A stretch of DNA of 64,000 bases from a virus (IMGVR_UViG_3300021197_001365:1-64000), one strand, 5' to 3'; positions 6,636 through 14,847 are shown, counted from the stretch's first letter. Program-made: numbers and translations. Notes: generated by a model from the letters alone, not told the origin.

Positions 6636-6953
6636 ATGTCTGAAGCTACCAAAGTTGTAAACTACACTGACGAAATGGTTGAGACCATCGTTGCTACCTA
6701 CGAAGCTGCCCCTGAGCGCGCTACTGTTGACGCCCTTGCACAAAAATTTGGCAAGACTTCTCGTTCTATCATCGCTAAGCTGTCTACGCTTGGTATCTAT
6801 CAAGCTCCGGCTCGTGTTACCAAAACAGGTGTTCCTGTTGTCAAGAAGGAGACTTTGGTTGCTGAGATCAACAGCAAGCTCGGTGTTGAACTGCCTTCTC
6901 TGGTCAAGGCTAACAAGCAAGACCTCGAAGCACTTTTTGCGGCTCTCAGCTGA
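6636..6953 (+). CDS. A2-like DNA-binding paralog
   Basis: NYTDEM..LAQKFGKTSRSIIAKLSTLGIY..KKETLV..LPSLVKANK; promoter at 6562-6590. Confidence 0.7.
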   Translation: MSEATKVVNYTDEMVETIVATYEAAPERATVDALAQKFGKTSRSIIAKLSTLGIYQAPARVTKTGVPVVKKETLVAEINSKLGVELPSLVKANKQDLEALFAALS

Positions 6954-7036
6954 GAGTCGTACCCCAGGAGGTAGCCCATCTGCCTCCTTTCTTTTGTAAG
7001 TGCATTTGCTAAGTGTGCTTTCAAAAGGAGACTACC

Positions 7037-7300
7037 ATGAAAAATAATTTTGTTGCTAAAAACGCACATAAGTTCAATCGTGCAAACGTCATGGTTGATC
7101 GTAAAAAAGAAGCCAAAAAGTCTGGGTACAAGCAAGACCAGGCCTGGCTAGGTTTGGGTAATTTTGAACGCGAAATAATTTATGAATATTATGAGCGTTC
7201 TGACCATGCTGGGTTACACTCGTATCTCATGTGTGTTCTGAATTTAACGAGCAGTCAAATCTACGAAATAAAGCAAAGCCTGAGAGACGGAGTATCCTAA
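7037..7300 (+). CDS. Hypothetical protein with basic N-terminus
   Basis: AAGGAG SD before MKNNFVAKNAHKFNRA. Confidence 0.65.
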   Translation: MKNNFVAKNAHKFNRANVMVDRKKEAKKSGYKQDQAWLGLGNFEREIIYEYYERSDHAGLHSYLMCVLNLTSSQIYEIKQSLRDGVS

Positions 7301-7488
7301 TGGCTAAATTAAAAGAGAATGCTGATTCAGTATGTTTTCGAATACAGTCGTACATGATTGAAGCAAGTAACAACCCCGCTCCGATTCTGCATATGAATGC
7401 TGACGGTTTAGTGATTGAGTACAATGATGAAGAAACTGGACACAAGATTTTTGAGAAAATATCTGACGTTCAAAAAAATAATTCTTGA
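7300..7488 (+). CDS. Hypothetical protein
   Basis: TAATG-coupled start MAKLKENAD, GGAG SD. Confidence 0.6.
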   Translation: MAKLKENADSVCFRIQSYMIEASNNPAPILHMNADGLVIEYNDEETGHKIFEKISDVQKNNS

Positions 7489-7520
7489 CTTTTTGTGGTC
7501 ACTTCAAGTATAATATCTTT

Positions 7521-8059
7521 TGAAAAGTCGGAAATAGACCAAGTTTTGAGGAAGTCATGGACGCCAAGGTGTGCTACCCACCTGCGATAAGACAGTAAAG
7601 ATCCCGGTAAAAGTTAACTCGGCCTATCCGGAGCCTCAGCCCATTTGTTCCACCTTCGTTGACCCCGCCGTGTACAGGTTGAAAGGCATCGTCAGTGGAA
7701 CAAGTGCTAATGCGGAATGGCAAAGCACGTTAAAAAGTACCATTTCAGTGTGCGTGGCGCACTAGTTAGTCCACACGCTCTACTCCGAAGCGTCCAAATG
7801 TCGGCAGTACGTTTAGAAGGCGTATAGCTTCTATCCAGTTAAGGTTTGGTGCGATTTCTACCACTGGGATATCAAAAAGAAAAATGCGGTAAGAGTGTAA
7901 ACGCGATACATTCTTAGGTACGTGAGGAAGGCGGTGCGTATCACTATAACTATAGAAGTCTTACTGACAACAGTCTATTATTGCAAAGAGGCGTCGAAAA
8001 CCTTGACTGTGGAAGGAAGGCGGAGGAATCCCTGCATAGAAATATGTGGGGATTTTTTT
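7521..8059 (+). ncRNA. Large structured non-coding RNA candidate (~500 nt), class unknown
   Basis: Own promoter (7485-7514) and terminator (8027-8059); no SD-led ORF; nested 5'/3' pairing and many internal helices. Confidence 0.75.
8027..8059 (+). terminator. Intrinsic terminator
   Basis: AATCCCTGCATA-GAAA-TATGTGGGGATT plus T-run. Confidence 0.85.
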
Positions 8060-8165
8060 ATGCGTGTTCAAAAATATTTCTTGACATTCTTGTTGAAATT
8101 TGAGATAATACATGAGTCTGAAATCTAAGGAGAAAATTCTATGCTGACAATTGGAGGTACTAAGT

Positions 8166-8519
8166 ATGGGTGACATTATTGATTTTCGAAGTAGAAAGAA
8201 GTATCCACAAGATGCTGAGACTTCTGTAATTATGAACAGGCTTAATAACCTGCAAGAAGCTCTGCGTGACGTTTATAAGCATATCGAGGACGGTTGGAAC
8301 AGTATGCAAGTGATGGAAACTGAGTGTGAGAAAGTAGAAAAAGCATACGACTCAGTCCTCTGCGACCTTGGCGAGGTTATGGGAGCCGAAAATATCCCAG
8401 TAGAGTTCCTGGAGTACTCAAAAAATGTAAGAGTAGACTGCCAGGATGACGGAAGTTTTAAGTTGGTTTGGGAACCAGATCAGGATTTTCACATTATTTT
8501 TACACCCGAAGAGGATTAA
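8166..8519 (+). CDS. Hypothetical coiled-coil protein
   Basis: GGAGG SD before MGDIIDF; promoter at 8081-8109. Confidence 0.7.
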   Translation: MGDIIDFRSRKKYPQDAETSVIMNRLNNLQEALRDVYKHIEDGWNSMQVMETECEKVEKAYDSVLCDLGEVMGAENIPVEFLEYSKNVRVDCQDDGSFKLVWEPDQDFHIIFTPEED

Positions 8520-8828
8520 ATGAACTATACAAAAGACCAAACAGAGTACATGATTGAGAAGTACAAGACAAACCCGTCTAGGGATACAGTAGAGGAGCTA
8601 GCAGATGAATTTTCGAAGAGTATTAAGTCGATTATTGGCAAGTTATCACGGGAGGGTGTATATCGCAGAGAGGTCTACAGAACCAAAACCGGAGAGAACC
8701 CCGTTACGAAAGTCGAGATTGTATCCAATATTGCTGATGCGCTTGGAATCGAAATTGACAATTTGGCTGGTCTCGAGAAAGCTCCAAAAGCAACTCTCAA
8801 AGCAATCGAAAGAGTACTATCAGAATAA
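8520..8828 (+). CDS. A2-like DNA-binding paralog
   Basis: NYTKDQ..LADEFSKSIKSIIGKLSREGVY..TKVEIV..LAGLEKAPK; aligns with the 3410 and 6636 proteins. Confidence 0.75.
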   Translation: MNYTKDQTEYMIEKYKTNPSRDTVEELADEFSKSIKSIIGKLSREGVYRREVYRTKTGENPVTKVEIVSNIADALGIEIDNLAGLEKAPKATLKAIERVLSE

Positions 8829-8861
8829 CCCTTGTCAGGGGTCTCAACGGGGTTAAAAAGT

Positions 8862-9017
8862 ATGAAAGATATTATGTTTGTCCTGTGGTTTCTTTATGTC
8901 TCAGTATTCACAGTAATTACTTGGTTTACAAAGATAGGCTCTCTAGCAGAATTTTTAATATCAATACTAGTCTGGGTTATACTTGTATCTCTACCATTAA
9001 TACTCTTTCCAGATTAG
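8862..9017 (+). CDS. Small two-TM membrane protein
   Basis: Two hydrophobic segments. Confidence 0.5.
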   Translation: MKDIMFVLWFLYVSVFTVITWFTKIGSLAEFLISILVWVILVSLPLILFPD

Positions 9018-9149
9018 ACGCTTCTAGCACAAAATTTCCCCAAAGTAATAAAAAACTTTAGTCCAGTACCTTGTACGATGATCGCGAATTGGCGTAAGTT
9101 GAGCGTGTGAACAAAAAACGAAATTTGACTTAAGTGTGGAGGGGTTGTG

Positions 9150-9480
9150 GCGGGATCGTTAATGAGTTATTTGATTAACGGGGTCATTAACGATTGGTCG
9201 AAGTTTACTTTGACAGAAGCAAAGTAAGAATGGGATTATCGATAGATTCAATGCAACAACAAGCTAATTAGTGGGTACGCACTCTCTCTCGCTTACGCTT
9301 CGAGAGTGCTTATCGCACAAATAACTTTATGCACAGTATCTATCTTAGAGTTTAGTAGAATCTCGATTGACCGTATTGTTTAACAATTAGTATATATTTT
9401 ACCACACATTATGGCATAACACAAGTACTATTTTTCTATGGTGTCATTGATTTCCTGGGTTGAACGTACTCCAGGAAACG
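9150..9480. other. Structured non-coding locus (ncRNA or replication origin candidate)
   Basis: Within a ~550-bp gap without long ORFs; several inverted repeats and a leftward promoter (9396-9424). Confidence 0.55.
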
Positions 9481-9574
9481 TAAAAAAGTTTTAAACTAGA
9501 AGAGGGGATATGGTAAAAAACTTCTTGACATTTCGTTTTTTGTTTGCTATAATATAAGAAAATGGAGACTTAAA

Positions 9575-9775
9575 ATGCGTAAGTACTACATCGTGTGGTT
9601 CAAAAGTGGGCTAGAAATTTACTGGCTGAACACTTGGCTAGACTACTACGATGCCTTACGAGAAGCACAAAGTTTAAATCAGCGTGACTACAAAGCATAT
9701 TATTACGTTACCTTAGGAGAAATTAAAGATGGCAAAGCAAATGATCTACGACCCCGTTCTTACTCGCAAGTTTAG
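9575..9775 (+). CDS. Hypothetical protein
   Basis: Promoter at 9525-9553, GGAG SD. Confidence 0.6.
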   Translation: MRKYYIVWFKSGLEIYWLNTWLDYYDALREAQSLNQRDYKAYYYVTLGEIKDGKANDLRPRSYSQV

Positions 9776-9938
9776 AAAAGGGCGATTTTCTGGCAAGAAA
9801 GTAGTATCTCACGGTTCTTATCGAGCAAAGCGTAAGCCCAACTCACCTCTTCTTGAAAGAGCGGAGCGAGTAAAAGCTGCCTCCACCTTTGGAAAGAGTG
9901 CTGAGTTCAAGTTCGCTATCTACGGTATTTCAGCATGA
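9729..9938 (+). CDS. Small basic hypothetical protein
   Basis: AGGAG SD; K/R-rich. Confidence 0.7.
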   Translation: MAKQMIYDPVLTRKFRKGRFSGKKVVSHGSYRAKRKPNSPLLERAERVKAASTFGKSAEFKFAIYGISA

Positions 9939-10079
9939 CTCACATCGTACGAGAAGTCGTAAGGCCTGGACAGTACATTTTCAAAGTTTTTGACCTTCGT
10001 GGAGCATTGATGTATCACGGAGCATCCGAAAGTGTAGCAACTGCAACAGTGGAAAAATTAAAAAAACAGGAGAAAAAGC

Positions 10080-10295
10080 GTGAAAATCTTCCTACTAACT
10101 CTTGAAAACTATATGGCTACACTTGCGAGTATAGAAGGTGCATACTCTACCGCACACAAAGCAGGAGTAGCTGCACGATGCCTTCCCAAATCAGAGGGAG
10201 GTCTTACTCCGAGAGTGAAAGTGTTAGAGGTGGATGCTCCATTAGAGGTAGACATAGAACATATAGAAGATATATTTATAAAAGCCCGCTTATAG
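10080..10295 (+). CDS. Hypothetical protein
   Basis: AGGAG SD with GTG start; followed by the terminator AAAGCCC-GCTTATA-GGGCTTTTTTT. Confidence 0.6.
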   Translation: MKIFLLTLENYMATLASIEGAYSTAHKAGVAARCLPKSEGGLTPRVKVLEVDAPLEVDIEHIEDIFIKARL

Positions 10296-10303
10296 GGCTT
10301 TTT

Positions 10304-10495
10304 TTATATGACGTACAAATGGAGGGCATTTCGCAAGTAGAGGAGTGTAGAAAGTATACCGAGTGTCATCCCTGCGATCGTGATAATTTTTATACACGCA
10401 AACTCCAGTGGAGACAACTTGATTACGATGGTTGTAGATTCCTGTTCCTCCTTCCAGCACGAGGTAGAGCCAAAGAACTTCCAAAGATCTCTCAC
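10304..10495 (-). CDS. Small membrane protein
   Basis: ATGA-coupled to the MazG-like gene; hydrophobic C-terminus. Confidence 0.5.
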   Translation of the reverse strand: MRDLWKFFGSTSCWKEEQESTTIVIKLSPLEFACIKIITIAGMTLGILSTLLYLRNALHLYVI

Positions 10496-10878
10496 TGGTT
10501 TAGAATACTCTCTAAATCTGGGGCAAAGAATCCTGGCCCTTTCATTACCTTTCCATTCTCAGCTTTAATTGGTGTACCATCTTCACCGAGCTTACTCATA
10601 TTAGAAGCATGTACCTCAGTAAAACACTCATCAAGGTCAATACCAAATGTATGACCAGCACCGTAGACAACATATAATATGTCGGTGAGAGCATCTGCAA
10701 TTTCCACCATGTCTTTATTTGTGATAGCTTCAACCAGCTCATCTACTTCTTCTTGTATTAAATCTACCCGCAGTTCTCTCACAGCCCGGTCAGGCCAAGT
10801 CGGTTCTACAAGAACATCCTGGCCAAAGGCTTCCATGAAGTCGCCTACTAATTCAAAATTTGTCCCGTTTGAGCTCAT
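10492..10878 (-). CDS. MazG-like/PRA-PH all-alpha NTP pyrophosphohydrolase
   Basis: LIQEEVDEL..EIADALTDILYVVYG..VHASNMSK..GKVMKGP; start MSSNGT. Confidence 0.9.
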   Translation of the reverse strand: MSSNGTNFELVGDFMEAFGQDVLVEPTWPDRAVRELRVDLIQEEVDELVEAITNKDMVEIADALTDILYVVYGAGHTFGIDLDECFTEVHASNMSKLGEDGTPIKAENGKVMKGPGFFAPDLESILNQ

Positions 10879-11053
10879 TATCTTTTCGCCTCTTTTGTTC
10901 CCTCTTCTTTGCAGCTTGTTTTCCTTTATGCCGCACTGTAGAAGGTTTTTCATAATACTCTCGATTTCGATATTCAAATATAATCTCATTTGATTTCTTT
11001 TTAAATACACGAATCGCTCGTTCTACATTGTTGTTTCTTACTTTAACTCTCAT
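10853..11053 (-). CDS. rpsU: 30S ribosomal protein bS21
   Basis: VERAIRVFKKK..EYRNREYYEKPSTVR..AAKKR signature. Confidence 0.9.
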   Translation of the reverse strand: MRVKVRNNNVERAIRVFKKKSNEIIFEYRNREYYEKPSTVRHKGKQAAKKREQKRRKDNELKRDKF

Positions 11054-11059
11054 ATATTC

Positions 11060-11263
11060 TTATAGGTAGCCTGAGCCTATTTGCATTTCTTCTTTCTTGA
11101 AATACCAGCCTCTCTTTTTTAAGTACGCAACTTGTTTACGAATCGCATTCGGACTTCGCCCAGGTAGCACATCTAACAGTTGTTGCATACTTAGTACGTA
11201 ATAGAAGTCACGAAGAGCATGACGCTCATCGGTTGTCCAAGGTTGCTTTTCATACTTTTTCAT
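11060..11263 (-). CDS. Myb/SANT-like HTH protein
   Basis: PWTTDERHAL..LPGRSPNAIR; ATG lies 7 nt after the -10 of promoter 11271-11299. Confidence 0.7.
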   Translation of the reverse strand: MKKYEKQPWTTDERHALRDFYYVLSMQQLLDVLPGRSPNAIRKQVAYLKKRGWYFKKEEMQIGSGYL

Positions 11264-11425
11264 ACTGTATATTATAAGGGATGCAAGTTTGAAAGTCAAG
11301 TACTATTTTTAACGTTGTTTGCCACACACCAAAAAATTTTTCTTGACTTTGATGCTGATTTTTGATACAATAGTCTCGTGTGAAAAGTTTAACCATTAAA
11401 CTAAGTTTCAAACGGAGTGGTAAGT

Positions 11426-11566
11426 TTGTCTATTGATTTAATAATTTTTATACTATGCCTTTGCGGATGCGGGTTGCACAGTTGGCATCTTGGCAAACAA
11501 CAGGGTATAGAAGGAGCGGTTCAATATCTTATTGACCAAGGCTATATCGAAGTGGAGGATGAATGA
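11426..11566 (+). CDS. 46-aa membrane peptide
   Basis: GGAG SD, TTG start, ATGA-coupled to the next gene; promoter at 11343-11371. Confidence 0.55.
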   Translation: MSIDLIIFILCLCGCGLHSWHLGKQQGIEGAVQYLIDQGYIEVEDE

Positions 11567-11970
11567 AAAAACTATTGGCGGGATTGGTACTTCTCGGCTT
11601 TTCAGCCGGAGTTGCTGGAGAGACCGTTATTAACTATGATGACGGATCGACATATACGCTCACGGACGGGCAAGAAATATACATTAGTAATACGCGCAGT
11701 GCGCTGTTTAAAAGACAATTAATGAAAAACAAGGACACGTTCTTTCGTGTACAAAAGCCTTGGACTAAACGTGACTACGTACCAGAACCACAGGATCCTT
11801 TTCAACCTGGGTCTCATGAATGGTGCAAAGCCTATGTTCCTTGGAGCGAAGGTTTAACCTTTGACATGATTACGTGGCAACGTTTTTGTGACACCGACAG
11901 CGACGGTAAGTACGGATGTGGTGACGACGGCTTTAATGACTCAGAAGACGGAGGAGTTTGCTCCTCTTAA
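11563..11970 (+). CDS. Exported hypothetical protein
   Basis: Sec signal peptide MKKLLAGLVLLGFSAGVAG; C-terminal Cys residues and DTDSDG loop. Confidence 0.75.
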   Translation: MKKLLAGLVLLGFSAGVAGETVINYDDGSTYTLTDGQEIYISNTRSALFKRQLMKNKDTFFRVQKPWTKRDYVPEPQDPFQPGSHEWCKAYVPWSEGLTFDMITWQRFCDTDSDGKYGCGDDGFNDSEDGGVCSS

Positions 11971-11999
11971 CCCCCGGGGCTACGGCCCCTTTCTAACCC

Positions 12000-12035
12000 G
12001 GGCATCGAAAGAGCCCAAGCGTACCGAAAGGACGC
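12000..12035 (+). promoter_or_regulatory. Tandem bulged-A GAAA hairpins in the hsp20 leader
   Basis: GGGC-A-TC-GAAA-GA-GCCC and GCGT-A-CC-GAAA-GG-ACGC. Confidence 0.65.
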
Positions 12036-12056
12036 AATTCATAAAAGGAGAACTTT

Positions 12057-12479
12057 ATGACTAATGCTAAACTAGCAGTGGCAGACCTGCATAAATTTAT
12101 GTTAGGTTTTGACCGAATGTTTCATGATACCAGTGTTTTTGCCCCCACACTCGATGGCGGGTATCCTCGATTCAATATTCTACGTGTAGGCGAGTCCGGC
12201 CATAGAGTCGAATTAGCTGTACCTGGCTGGAATAAAGATGATCTTGAGATTAGCCTTCATAAAGGCTTGTTGACAGTATCGGGCACTGTAAAGCAAACAG
12301 AATCTAGTAACGAAACTTATGTCTACAAAGGCTTAAGTGGTAAGTGCTTCTCACGCACATTCGGCGTAAGCGAGCACGTAAAGCTAGACAAAGCTTACAT
12401 GGAACGTGGACTGTTATGTATTGATTTACATGAAGAAATCCCTAATGAACTGCAACCAATAAAGGTTACAATTTCATAA
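12057..12479 (+). CDS. Small heat-shock protein (Hsp20/IbpA family)
   Basis: GFDRMF..GYPRFNI..ELAVPG..YKGLSGKCFSRTF..GLLCIDL alpha-crystallin domain. Confidence 0.93.
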   Translation: MTNAKLAVADLHKFMLGFDRMFHDTSVFAPTLDGGYPRFNILRVGESGHRVELAVPGWNKDDLEISLHKGLLTVSGTVKQTESSNETYVYKGLSGKCFSRTFGVSEHVKLDKAYMERGLLCIDLHEEIPNELQPIKVTIS

Positions 12480-12487
12480 GGATATAT

Positions 12488-12580
12488 ATGGACTATTTAA
12501 AAGTTGAGTGTTGTGGAGAGTGCTTGCTCTGTTTATGGGCAGCAACAGTAATAACAATGTCTCTAGCACCACTACTTTAA
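12488..12580 (+). CDS. 30-aa Cys-rich hydrophobic peptide
   Basis: TAAGGA SD; MDYLKVECCGECLLCLWAATVITMSLAPLL; followed by a hairpin. Confidence 0.5.
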   Translation: MDYLKVECCGECLLCLWAATVITMSLAPLL

Positions 12581-13070
12581 CCTACTCGCCCGAAGGGAGA
12601 CTTTCGGGCACTTTCCGAGAGCTTAATGAAATTTCCTGTCGAACAAGTAATGGTATGCTTAGCCTTTATAGTGATTTTAGTATCAATGACTACTTGCAGC
12701 CCTCAAGAAAGAAAGTGTGATATTATTCATGAGAGCGCGTCTCATCTTCAAAAATGCGAGGTATGGTAATGGAGTTAGTAGGAATATTTTGTATAATGAT
12801 GCTGCCTATGATAGCAGGGGGCTTTACTTTTGTAATATCTCAAAAAGCAGTAGGGGGCGAATTTTGACACCAGAAGATACAGTAATATTATTCTCAATCG
12901 TAGCGGGGTTGCTAATAGCAGGAGGAATGTGGTATGGCGATAGACAATCATCTAAACGAAATAAATAAAACATATTTTCAACATTTAGTAGGCGCCTGGA
13001 GAGTAGCTTTTATACTTCTTGTGCACGGACTTCTACCAAATGTATGGAAGGATAGAGCGAGTGAAGAAAT

Positions 13071-13451
13071 ATGTACTCAGAAAAGGTATTAGATCATTAT
13101 GAAAATCCCCGGAATGTCGGAAAACTTGACAAAAATGATGAAGATGTCGGAACGGGCCTCACAGGTGCTCCAGCATGTGGAGACGTCATGCAACTTCAAA
13201 TCCGAGTATCGACCGACGGAATTATTGAAGATGCTAAATTCAAAACTTACGGATGCGGCAGTGCTATTGCTTCTTCATCACTACTCACAGAATGGGTTAG
13301 AGGAAAGTCCCTTGACGAAGCGGGAAAGATCAGCAATGTCCAAATTGCTCAAGAATTATCACTTCCGCCAGTAAAAATACATTGTAGCGTATTAGCGGAA
13401 GATGCTATCAAAGCAGCCATCACGGACTATAGAACTAAACATGGGGCCTAA
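13071..13451 (+). CDS. iscU: Fe-S cluster scaffold protein
   Basis: YSEKVLDHYENPRNVG, GAPACGDVM, FKTYGCGSAIASSS, LPPVKIHCS. Confidence 0.96.
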   Translation: MYSEKVLDHYENPRNVGKLDKNDEDVGTGLTGAPACGDVMQLQIRVSTDGIIEDAKFKTYGCGSAIASSSLLTEWVRGKSLDEAGKISNVQIAQELSLPPVKIHCSVLAEDAIKAAITDYRTKHGA

Positions 13452-13591
13452 CACCAAACAGTGGCAAGAAAACTCTGATGAATGGTGTAGAACTATGACA
13501 AAGAGTAAAGAAAGTAAAGAATTGTACAAAAAGTACCAAAATAGAACAAAAAATCCAATGTCCTATATAAAGTGGTTGAAAGGAAAAAAAT

Positions 13592-14035
13592 ATGAATCGT
13601 CAAAGATTGTATGAGGAAATTAAAGCAGATGAAGGAGAAATTCTGGAAATTTATAAGGATCATTTGGGATACCCTACTATTGGTATCGGACACCTGGTCA
13701 CAGAAAAAGATGAAGAGTTTGGAGAAGCAACCGGTACTCCCATTACGGCAGAACGCTCAAGAGAGCTCTTCGATAGAGACATTGAGTGTGCCATTAAGGA
13801 CTGCGAACGACTTTACGGACAGTGGCACAATTGGCCAGAAGAGGTTCAATTAATTCTAGTAAACATGGCGTTTAATCTTGGTGGCCCACGTTTAGCAAGA
13901 TTTAAAAATATGCAGAATATGCTATCTCAAGGAAAGTGGAAAGAGGCTGCGGCAGAGGGCCGGGACTCCTTATGGTATAAGCAAGTTACAAATCGAGCAG
14001 AAAGATTAATGACACGACTTGAAAATATCTCTTGA
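13592..14035 (+). CDS. Endolysin, GH24/T4-type lysozyme
   Basis: DEG..YKDHLGYPTIGIGHL..NMAFNLG..DSLWYKQVTNRAERL. Confidence 0.92.
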   Translation: MNRQRLYEEIKADEGEILEIYKDHLGYPTIGIGHLVTEKDEEFGEATGTPITAERSRELFDRDIECAIKDCERLYGQWHNWPEEVQLILVNMAFNLGGPRLARFKNMQNMLSQGKWKEAAAEGRDSLWYKQVTNRAERLMTRLENIS

Positions 14036-14124
14036 CATTCATTACTAGTTAGTGTATAATAGATTTTGTGGCTGGGAGTTTTCAAAAAATTCACAGCACA
14101 AATTCACTAACTGGAGACAAGACC

Positions 14125-14847
14125 ATGGCAAACGGTGCCCAAACTCAACAATCCACCATTGAACATGCTCTTGAAGTAATGTATCAACATTTACCTGATA
14201 GATTTTACGTTAAGAGTCCCGAAACAACACGTACAATAGGAATATCTGGGGAAGTATTAAAACGACACTTAGGATGCAAAACTTGGCAGCAAGTTTATGA
14301 TGACTTTGTACTTGGGGATGCAGAAATTCCTGAGAATACTACTTTACAAAAGAGAATAAATCCTAAAACTGGAAACTTTTTTGTAAAAGGAGAAGTATGT
14401 GCAGAAACAGGTAAAGTTTTTATGCACTACAAGCTGAGAGAGGTGAATCAAGACCATCTTGGCTATTGCAAAGAGTACTGGACGACAGCAGAACAGTTTA
14501 ATAAAAAACAAGCAAATGATGTATTTACAAAATCAATGACAGCTGCTAAAACCAGAAATCTTGAATGGAATATCTCTCCTGCAAAAGAAGAAGAATTGCT
14601 TGAACAGAAACACTGCCCAGTTTGTGGTATTAGAATGAGAATGCCTTGGGAAGATTTTCCACGCAAAAAGAGAACACCTATTCCTGCTTCTTTTAGTATA
14701 GATAGACTTGATAATGAAGTAGGGTACATCGATTCTAATGTTAATTCTATATGTCATGGGTGTAATACCCTAAAGGGTGCTATGAGTAGAGAAGATATTG
14801 TACGAGTAGCACAACGTTTAGCAGAATTTGTAACAGAAGAAAAGTAG
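14125..14847 (+). CDS. HNH-type endonuclease (free-standing, possibly homing)
   Basis: CPVC..SIDRLDNEVGY..NVNSICHGCNTLKG; own promoter at 14032-14060. Confidence 0.75.
   Translation: MANGAQTQQSTIEHALEVMYQHLPDRFYVKSPETTRTIGISGEVLKRHLGCKTWQQVYDDFVLGDAEIPENTTLQKRINPKTGNFFVKGEVCAETGKVFMHYKLREVNQDHLGYCKEYWTTAEQFNKKQANDVFTKSMTAAKTRNLEWNISPAKEEELLEQKHCPVCGIRMRMPWEDFPRKKRTPIPASFSIDRLDNEVGYIDSNVNSICHGCNTLKGAMSREDIVRVAQRLAEFVTEEK

Noticed and set aside
7548-8010. RNase P RNA (GAGGAAGTC resembles GAGGAAAGUCC)
   Set aside because: The 3' partner pairs without the universally bulged U of P4 and no ACAGAA.CCGGCTTA-like segment is present; treated as an unclassified ncRNA.
7521-9480. tRNA, tmRNA or intron in the non-coding gaps
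   Set aside because: No T-loop GGTTCRA with acceptor stem/CCA, no tmRNA ends and no interrupted host gene were seen by eye; tRNAscan-SE/ARAGORN would be the definitive check.
10178-10993. Plus-strand ORFs of 158 and 104 aa, and similar short antisense ORFs across the window
   Set aside because: Shadow ORFs opposite well-supported genes; no SD or recognisable motifs.
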